From Bacteroidales bacterium UBA4073 (lineage in GTDB: Bacteria > Bacteroidota > Bacteroidia > Bacteroidales > Tenuifilaceae), in contig DFYV01000029.1 of assembly GCA_002383425.1 (NCBI GenBank), positions 1,423 through 33,976 on the forward strand: a stretch of DNA of 32,554 nucleotides, in the 5' to 3' direction. The position numbers were made by a program, and so were the translations under genes. Under the pieces are notes generated by a model. That model was not told the DNA's origin, searched no databases, and saw only the letters and a list, made by a program, of their open reading frames with translations. This document shows, piece by piece, positions 26,209 to 32,554 of the stretch; positions within the stretch are counted from its first letter, which is position 1, and each line of letters begins with the position of its first letter.

Positions 26209-26634
26209 CTACTTACGAAAAGCACCCCTAACTCCAGTGTACAAAAGAATAAGGACTGATACACCAAATAGTATATAGGTTGCAATTATCCCTGTGTCAG
26301 TCAAAATTAGGACCGTAGGATTTGAAAAATCAGGATTGTTCTGAGGTGCAACAATTGGTGTTGCATCGGAAAGCAAATAGCCGATAAGCAACACAACTGC
26401 CATGCCGACTATTCCGATAAGCGCTTTAATGGCTTTTTTGGGGCTCTTGATAAAAAAGTAAACAGGGAATGCCAAAGCAAGCAATGCAGCAAGAGCAAAA
26501 AGTATGTAAGCCCAAATAATGAAAGGTTCTTCTGTCATGTTGTTAGAGTAGAAAAGAATGGTCATCACAACAGAAACGCCCATAATAAGCCATGTCAGCA
26601 CTTTCAGTAATTTAGAGATTAATGCGTCTGACAT
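26209..26634 (-). CDS. Four-TM membrane protein of the Bacteroidota exbB-exbD cluster
   Basis: Four hydrophobic helices; lies between exbB and exbD. Confidence 0.8.
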   Translation of the reverse strand: MSDALISKLLKVLTWLIMGVSVVMTILFYSNNMTEEPFIIWAYILFALAALLALAFPVYFFIKSPKKAIKALIGIVGMAVVLLIGYLLSDATPIVAPQNNPDFSNPTVLILTDTGIIATYILFGVSVLILLYTGVRGAFRK

Positions 26635-26639
26635 TTTTA

Positions 26640-27440
26640 CTAATTTTTCAGGTTAAACTTAACAAGTAAATCGAGTAAGCTTATGGAAGAATCTTCCATA
26701 TCGTTGGTAATACCGTCGATTTTCGAAAGGAGGTAATTGTAGAAAATCTGAAGGATAATAGCAACAATAAGACCAAAAACGGTTGTGATAAGAGCAATCT
26801 TAATACCACCAGCAACAAGCGACGGAGATATATCCCCGGCAGCCTCAATAGCATCGAAAGCGCCGATCATACCAATAACAGTACCCATAAATCCTAACAT
26901 AGGGGCGATTGCGATGAAAAGTGCAATCCAGGTTAAGCCACTTTCAAGTTGACCCATCTGAACTGAACCGTAAGTTGCGATAGACTTTTCAACAACATCG
27001 ATACCCTCGTGAACGCGGCTAAGCCCTTGATAGAAAATGCTTGCCACCGGGCCACGGGTGTTGCGACAAACTTCCTTAGCTGCTTCAACACCGCCATTCT
27101 GCAAGGCATCCTCAATGTCCTTAAGAAGTTTTTTAGTGTTAGTGGTAGCCAGGTTAAGGTAAATGATACGTTCAATTACAAATGCTAAACCTAAAATCAA
27201 AGTTAAAAGGATAGAAGCCATAAAACCAGGGCCACCCTCAATAAACTTTGTTTTAAGTGCTTTGTGCAACGATTGACCTTCCTCGGCTGGGACGGTAGGA
27301 GAATCTACCTGCTCTACCTGCTGCTGCTGAACCATTGCAGAGTCAGGTTGAGCTGCAGTTTCGTCCTGTGCACTCACATAGGTTGATGCTCCAAACGAGA
27401 GCACCCCAAATACTGCTACTAAAGTGAATAGCTTTTTCAT
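26640..27440 (-). CDS. exbB: MotA/TolQ/ExbB proton channel family protein
   Basis: IAPMLGFMGTVIGMIGAFD, GGIKIALITT. Confidence 0.9.
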   Translation of the reverse strand: MKKLFTLVAVFGVLSFGASTYVSAQDETAAQPDSAMVQQQQVEQVDSPTVPAEEGQSLHKALKTKFIEGGPGFMASILLTLILGLAFVIERIIYLNLATTNTKKLLKDIEDALQNGGVEAAKEVCRNTRGPVASIFYQGLSRVHEGIDVVEKSIATYGSVQMGQLESGLTWIALFIAIAPMLGFMGTVIGMIGAFDAIEAAGDISPSLVAGGIKIALITTVFGLIVAIILQIFYNYLLSKIDGITNDMEDSSISLLDLLVKFNLKN

Positions 27441-27516
27441 GGTTTGATTGTCGTTTAATTATTACTAAAGGTTTGTTTTGTTTGTTCATGAATTTAGTTA
27501 AACAATAAAAGGCTTG

Positions 27517-27604
27517 CGGAGAGAGAGGGATTCGAACCCTCGATACACTTTTGGCGTATACACGCTCTCCAGGCGTGCGCCTTAGACCACTCGGCCATCT
27601 CTCC
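27517..27604 (-). tRNA. tRNA-Ser (anticodon GGA)
   Basis: GGAGAGATGGCCGAGTGGTCTAAGGCG, anticodon arm CACGC-CTGGAGA-GCGTG, long variable arm, GGTTCGAATCC; CCA not encoded. Confidence 0.96.
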
Positions 27605-27680
27605 AAAATTACAAAAAAGTTAAAAAAGAACGTGTAAAATGTGGCGCAAAATACAAAAAAAATATTTAAAAAAACAATGA

Positions 27681-28718
27681 CTATTTTAATGTTATTTCGC
27701 CTGCTATCGATTTTTCCAGTTCCACAGCAAGGTTATTACCTATAAAACCTTTACCCAATAAAAACATCAGCTTAGCCACGGCGGCTTCGTATGTTATGTC
27801 GCGACCACTAACTACCCCCAGCCTTTTCAGCATAAGGCCATTCTCATACTTTTCCATGTTGACCCCACCAGCTTTGCACTGAGTAACGTTGAGTATAACA
27901 ATATTATTGTCAATGGCATTCTTAAGCCTCTGGATGAACCACTTTTGCATGGGTGCGTTGCCCGAACCATAGGTTTCGAGTATTACAGCTTTCACCCCTT
28001 TTGTATTCAGAACAGCGTCAACAACGTTTTCCGATATGCCCGGAAATAGTTTTAAAACAGCTATTGAGCTATCGAGCTGAGTATGCACAAGGATTTCCTG
28101 CTCATGGGTTGGGTAGTGAATAAATGGAAAGTTATACCGGATTGAAATGCCGGCCTCGGCAAGCGGGGGGTAGTTATCGGAACGGAACGCGTTGAAGTGT
28201 TCGGAGTTATGCTTGGTTGTTCTATTGCCCCGGTATAACCTGTTTTCGAAGAAAATGGTAACCTCAGGCACCATAGCCTGCCCGTTTTGCTGCGTTGCTG
28301 CAATCTCAATAGCACTTATGAGATTCTCTTTCCCATCGGTACGTAAAGTTCCTATGGGCAACTGCGAACCGGTGAGTACAACAGGTTTTGACAACCCCTG
28401 GAGCATAAAGCTTAGTGCCGATGCCGTGAACGACATTGTATCGGTTCCATGAAGTATAACAAAACCATCATATTTATGGTAGTTTTCACCTATTATGGTT
28501 ACCAGTTTTTTCCAGAATTCAGGGTTGATGTCGGAAGAATCGATTGGTGGCTCAAAGGAGTATGTGGTAAGGTTGTAGCCAAACTTTTTAAGCTCAGGTA
28601 CCTCCTGCTCAATATGTTCAAAGTTGAAGGGGGCTAACGCTCCAGTCTCGGGATTCTGCTTCATGCCAATGGTTCCCCCCGTGTAAACAATAAGTATCGA
28701 TATATTACCCGACTCCAT
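27681..28718 (-). CDS. ansA: Type I (cytoplasmic) L-asparaginase
   Basis: YTGGTIGM, HGTDTM, TGSQLP, ETYGSGN; no signal peptide. Confidence 0.94.
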   Translation of the reverse strand: MESGNISILIVYTGGTIGMKQNPETGALAPFNFEHIEQEVPELKKFGYNLTTYSFEPPIDSSDINPEFWKKLVTIIGENYHKYDGFVILHGTDTMSFTASALSFMLQGLSKPVVLTGSQLPIGTLRTDGKENLISAIEIAATQQNGQAMVPEVTIFFENRLYRGNRTTKHNSEHFNAFRSDNYPPLAEAGISIRYNFPFIHYPTHEQEILVHTQLDSSIAVLKLFPGISENVVDAVLNTKGVKAVILETYGSGNAPMQKWFIQRLKNAIDNNIVILNVTQCKAGGVNMEKYENGLMLKRLGVVSGRDITYEAAVAKLMFLLGKGFIGNNLAVELEKSIAGEITLK

Positions 28719-29490
28719 CTATTTGTAGTTTGAAAAGTTTTATGGCATTCTGGGTGGTTTGTTTTGCAACATCAAGAACCGACAGGTTTAGCAGTTCGGC
28801 AACCTTCTGCGCAACATAAATAAGGTTATAGCTCTCGTTACGTTTGCCCCTAACAGGCACAGGCGACAAATACGGGGAATCGGTTTCAAGCAAAATTTTT
28901 TCGGTATTCATCTGGGGAATCAACTCTCCTACATTACCATTCTTATAGGTTACAATTCCTCCTATGCCAAAATAAAATGTATCGTAATCATCAATGTGCT
29001 TATAATCATTAATTGTACCGGTGAAGCTATGAAAAACGCCGCGAAGCGATTGGTCAATCTCCTGATCAACAATATCAAAAATCTCCTTGAATGAGCTGCG
29101 CGAATGAATTGCTACCGGAAGGTTATACTTTTTAGCCAACCTCAGCTGATGTCGGAACGCCTCCTGCTGCTGGGTAAAAAATGTTTTATCCCAGTATAAA
29201 TCGATGCCAATTTCACCGATGCCCCAAAACCTATTCCTGGCCAGCTGCTCCTCAACATGGTAAAGCTCCTTCTCAAAGTCCTCTTTAACGGATGTAGGGT
29301 GCAACCCCATTAAAGGAAAACATTGTGAAAACCTATGGCATGTATCGAGTAACCTGTGGGTTGATGTTGAGTCGATATTTGGCAGTAAGTGGTACAGGAC
29401 ACCTGAATTGGCTGCACGTTCAAGGACTAAATCCCGATCAACATCGAATTCCTCAGAAAAAATATGCGAGTGTGTATCGATCAATACCAT
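28705..29490 (-). CDS. tatD: TatD family DNase/hydrolase
   Basis: IDTHSH, GLHP, GIGEIGID, IHSR, FHSF, LETDSPYL. Confidence 0.92.
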   Translation of the reverse strand: MVLIDTHSHIFSEEFDVDRDLVLERAANSGVLYHLLPNIDSTSTHRLLDTCHRFSQCFPLMGLHPTSVKEDFEKELYHVEEQLARNRFWGIGEIGIDLYWDKTFFTQQQEAFRHQLRLAKKYNLPVAIHSRSSFKEIFDIVDQEIDQSLRGVFHSFTGTINDYKHIDDYDTFYFGIGGIVTYKNGNVGELIPQMNTEKILLETDSPYLSPVPVRGKRNESYNLIYVAQKVAELLNLSVLDVAKQTTQNAIKLFKLQIDGVG

Positions 29491-29499
29491 CACCTTATT

Positions 29500-30771
29500 C
29501 TATTGAGCTGCATAATGAATATACCCACCCGAAACAGCACTATCGAGATGAACAGTGAACTCAGCAACCACATTCCTGAAGGTTTCCATATTTTCGGGTT
29601 TAACGGGCTCAACCGGTGGCGACTTGATTTTGAGTGGGTCAACAGGAGCACCGTTCATCCAAACCCGCATATCGAGATGTGGTCCAGTGGCATAGCCAGT
29701 TCGACCAACATATCCAATTATATCGCCTTGCTTTACCCGAACCCCTTTAGCTATTCCCTTGGCAAATCGTGAGAAATGGTTGTATCCGGTAGTGTAAACG
29801 CTGTTGTGGCGTATTTTTACGTAATTCCCTGCGGCATTGTCGTAGCCCTTGGCTATAACAACCCCATCGCCAAGAGCCATCACTGGTGTACCTTCGGGAG
29901 CGGCATAGTCAACCCCTGAGTGTGGCCTGTAAATTTTTAGTACGGGATGAAACCTACTCCCGCTAAACCGGCTCGAAATCCTTGAAAAGCGAAGCGGCGC
30001 TTTGAGGAACGACTTACGAAGTGAATTGCCCTTTTCGTCCCAGTAGCTGGCAACAGAATCTTGCTCAAACCTGAAAGCGTAAAACTTTTCACCACGGTGT
30101 TCAAACCAAGCTGCATGAATAGCGCCAATACCAATGGATGTACTATCAACATAAAGCTCATCGTACAACACCCTGAACCTATCGTCCTTTTGTAACCCAA
30201 AAAAATCAATGGTCCACGCATAAATATCGGAAAGTTCAAGGGCAAGCATGGGGTTAAGCCCATTGGCTTTCATATCAGCCCAAAGCGATGTTTTAATTTC
30301 GGCCTCGGAAATCTTCCTAACAGGAACTATATCTTTCCTGAAAGGGTAAACGTAAAGCGAATCGGTAAGGTTAAAGACAAAGTACTCAACCGGCGACACT
30401 TCATAAACAAGATATGCAGGGGTTTGAACGGAATCCTTACGGGCAAAAACTTTATACCGAGCCCCCGCACGAACCTTTTTTACATCAAACACATCGGGGG
30501 TTAACGAGAGCAGAAAATTATTAACATTTCCACCTATATTTAATCCGTAAAGAATCTTCCCTAAAGTTTGATTCCTCCTCACGGTGTACTCGGTTACCAA
30601 AAACGAGTCGACGGGTATGCCATACTCCAGAATAGGCTGATTTTCTTCAGGTACTGCTTTTTGAACTTGTGAAGGAATGTACAATTTTATGTGTGCGGTT
30701 CCAATGAAATAGTCAACTAAAAACACTGTAAGTACAGAAAGCACTAATACCGGTAAAATCTTTTTAAGCAT
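29500..30771 (-). CDS. M23 family peptidoglycan DD-endopeptidase (MepM-like)
   Basis: N-terminal TM, HSGVDYAA and ATGPHLD zinc motifs. Confidence 0.92.
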   Translation of the reverse strand: MLKKILPVLVLSVLTVFLVDYFIGTAHIKLYIPSQVQKAVPEENQPILEYGIPVDSFLVTEYTVRRNQTLGKILYGLNIGGNVNNFLLSLTPDVFDVKKVRAGARYKVFARKDSVQTPAYLVYEVSPVEYFVFNLTDSLYVYPFRKDIVPVRKISEAEIKTSLWADMKANGLNPMLALELSDIYAWTIDFFGLQKDDRFRVLYDELYVDSTSIGIGAIHAAWFEHRGEKFYAFRFEQDSVASYWDEKGNSLRKSFLKAPLRFSRISSRFSGSRFHPVLKIYRPHSGVDYAAPEGTPVMALGDGVVIAKGYDNAAGNYVKIRHNSVYTTGYNHFSRFAKGIAKGVRVKQGDIIGYVGRTGYATGPHLDMRVWMNGAPVDPLKIKSPPVEPVKPENMETFRNVVAEFTVHLDSAVSGGYIHYAAQ

Positions 30772-30791
30772 AAACCCTTTGAATTTTGCCT

Positions 30792-30850
30792 CAAAACTAT
30801 CAAAAAAGAATGTAATAGCATTTTTGATTTTCTAAATTGATGTAGGTTTG
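30792..30850. promoter_or_regulatory. Putative divergent promoters (-7 elements) for the M23 gene and thiL
   Basis: TAGTTTTG on the minus strand at 30792-30799; TAGGTTTG on the plus strand at 30843-30850 with an upstream TTTG at ~30823. Confidence 0.5.
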
Positions 30851-30868
30851 CAAAAAAAAGTTTTAAGA

Positions 30869-31915
30869 ATGGGCAATATAACAAAAAGAACCGAGCTTTA
30901 CGAGTTAGGTGAATTTAAGTTGATTGACAGGTTAACCGGCTCATTTGTCCCAAAACATCAGGAAACGCTAAAAGGGGTTGGCGATGATGCTGCCGTAATA
31001 TCGGCAGGTAATGGCGAATGCCTTGTGGTTACTACCGACTTACTTCTGGAAGGAATACATTTCGACCTAACCTATTTTCCCCTGAAACATTTGGGCTACA
31101 AAGCTATTGTGGTAAACCTGAGCGATGTTTACGCCATGAATGCCACACCGTTACAGGTAACAGTATCAATAGGGGTATCGAAACGGTTTTGCGTGGAGGA
31201 TCTGGATGAACTTTACAGGGGAATAAAGCTGGCATGCGACAATTACAATGTAGATCTGGTAGGTGGCGATACCACCTCGTCAATAACAGGGATGACCATT
31301 AGCGTAACGGCAATAGGCAAAGTAAAGGAAAGCGAAGTTGTTTACCGGAGCGGGGCAACAATCAACGATTTGATTTGCGTTACAGGCAATTTAGGTGCAG
31401 CCTACATGGGGCTCCAGCTGCTGGAACGAGAAAAAAGAATTTTCGAAACGAATAGGGTAGCCAAACCAAAACTTGAAGGTTACGATTACGTTCTGGAACG
31501 GATACTGAAACCTGAAGCCCGTAAAAATGTGATAGATAACCTGCGAAAGGCAGGGGTTAAACCCACAGCAATGATTGACATTTCCGATGGTCTCTCGTCG
31601 GAACTGCTTCATATCTGTAAAAGCTCAAATGTAGGTTGCAGGGTTTACATGGAAAAAATTCCAATTGACGAGCAAACCGCTAAAATGGCTGAGGAGTTCA
31701 ATATCGATCCGTTTACAGCAGCGTTAAATGGAGGTGAAGACTATGAGCTGCTATTCACTGTACCCCTATCGGAATACCAGGTGGTTGATAGCATGGAAGG
31801 TGTGAGAGTGATAGGACATATAGTAGAACCACATCTTGGCGCCTACATGGTACCACCATCGGGCGAGGATATCAGAATTACTGCGCAGGGATGGAATGCG
31901 CTACAAAAGGAATAG
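30869..31915 (+). CDS. thiL: Thiamine-monophosphate kinase
   Basis: GEFKLI, GVGDDAA, NLSDVYAM, VGGDT, IDISDGL, GGEDYELLFT. ATG 30869 preferred over TTG 30848. Confidence 0.95.
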   Translation: MGNITKRTELYELGEFKLIDRLTGSFVPKHQETLKGVGDDAAVISAGNGECLVVTTDLLLEGIHFDLTYFPLKHLGYKAIVVNLSDVYAMNATPLQVTVSIGVSKRFCVEDLDELYRGIKLACDNYNVDLVGGDTTSSITGMTISVTAIGKVKESEVVYRSGATINDLICVTGNLGAAYMGLQLLEREKRIFETNRVAKPKLEGYDYVLERILKPEARKNVIDNLRKAGVKPTAMIDISDGLSSELLHICKSSNVGCRVYMEKIPIDEQTAKMAEEFNIDPFTAALNGGEDYELLFTVPLSEYQVVDSMEGVRVIGHIVEPHLGAYMVPPSGEDIRITAQGWNALQKE

Positions 31916-31935
31916 CCCCGCTTTTGCGGGGTTTT
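31914..31935. terminator. Bidirectional intrinsic terminator
   Basis: AGCCCCGC-TTTT-GCGGGGTTTT between convergent thiL and gcvH. Confidence 0.75.
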
Positions 31936-31938
31936 ATG

Positions 31939-32322
31939 TTACTCATTAATAATTCCTTTGTATTGTTCAGCAGTAAGTAACTCGTTTAGTTCGGAGGGAT
32001 TTGTCATTTTAATTTTAATCATCCAACCTTCACTATATGGGTCTTTGTTAACAATTTCAGGCTGCTCGGTAACCTTGGGGTTAACCTCCAGCACTTGGCC
32101 ACTAACAGGCATAAACATATCGGAAACAGTTTTTACAGCCTCAATGGTACCAAAAACCTCCTCCTTAGCCAGAATTTCACTCTGAGTTTCAATTTCAATA
32201 AAAACGATATCGCCAAGCTGTGTTTGGGCAAAATCGGTTATGCCAACTATAGCTATACCATTGCCCTCATCCTTGATCCACTCATGATCCTTTGTGTACT
32301 TCAAGTTCGATGGAATATTCAT
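31939..32322 (-). CDS. gcvH: Glycine cleavage system H protein
   Basis: YTKDHEW, GITDFAQ..LGDIVF, lipoyl EAVKTVSD, NKDPYSEGW. Confidence 0.97.
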   Translation of the reverse strand: MNIPSNLKYTKDHEWIKDEGNGIAIVGITDFAQTQLGDIVFIEIETQSEILAKEEVFGTIEAVKTVSDMFMPVSGQVLEVNPKVTEQPEIVNKDPYSEGWMIKIKMTNPSELNELLTAEQYKGIINE

Positions 32323-32361
32323 AGGTTATTTGTTTTAGTGTGATTAAGATTTTTTACTATT

Positions 32362-32369
32362 CAAAAGTA
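32362..32369 (-). promoter_or_regulatory. Putative -7 promoter element for gcvH
   Basis: TACTTTTG on the minus strand. Confidence 0.5.
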
Positions 32370-32439
32370 GTGAATTTTAAGATTGAAAATTCAAAACGTT
32401 CCGATTTTTTAATTACTGTTACATGTTGTTCAGCACAGT

Positions 32440-32554
32440 GGGGCAAAACAAAATGCAGAATGCAAATTGAAATTAGAAGGCAGAAGGTAGAAATTAGAAG
32501 GTAGAAATTAGAAATTAGTCCCCCATTACCGGGTAATATAGCCCCAAGAAAAAT
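32440..32554 (-). repeat. Module R copy 3 (truncated by the window end) with a heptamer array and a conserved 21-bp box
   Basis: The reverse complement of 32516-32554 matches 11540-11578. 32451-32471 is the exact reverse complement of 11616-11636. An AGAAATT/AGAAGGT array lies between them. Confidence 0.8.

Noticed and set aside
27343-27606. 87-aa ORF (MERWPSGLRRTPG...)
   Set aside because: Spurious translation of tRNA-Ser.

Overview
A Bacteroidota (Bacteroidales-like) chromosomal segment. The assignment rests on TAnnTTTG-type promoters, the rpmB-rpmG-DUF4295-ftsY-rimO order and the clpC/gyrA/TPR arrangement. The coding content is mostly housekeeping: a hybrid histidine kinase, kdsA, rarA, fabG, cinA, tpx, clpC, gyrA, an ExbB/ExbD-type cluster, ansA, tatD, an M23 peptidase, thiL, gcvH, tRNA-Thr(CGT) and tRNA-Ser(GGA). 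The unusual content is non-coding. Four expanded AT-rich intergenic regions hold about seven members of a transposase-less, MITE-like family with 17-bp imperfect terminal inverted repeats (GAG..TAAAAAG / CTTTTTA..CTC). Four of them have perfect ATNNAT target duplications. Their cargo is variable: different 7-, 9- and 10-bp tandem arrays, nested elements, and a conserved ~58-bp module that recurs at the window end. One copy duplicated and displaced the kdsA start codon. No transposase, reverse transcriptase, Cas or phage gene is present in the window.
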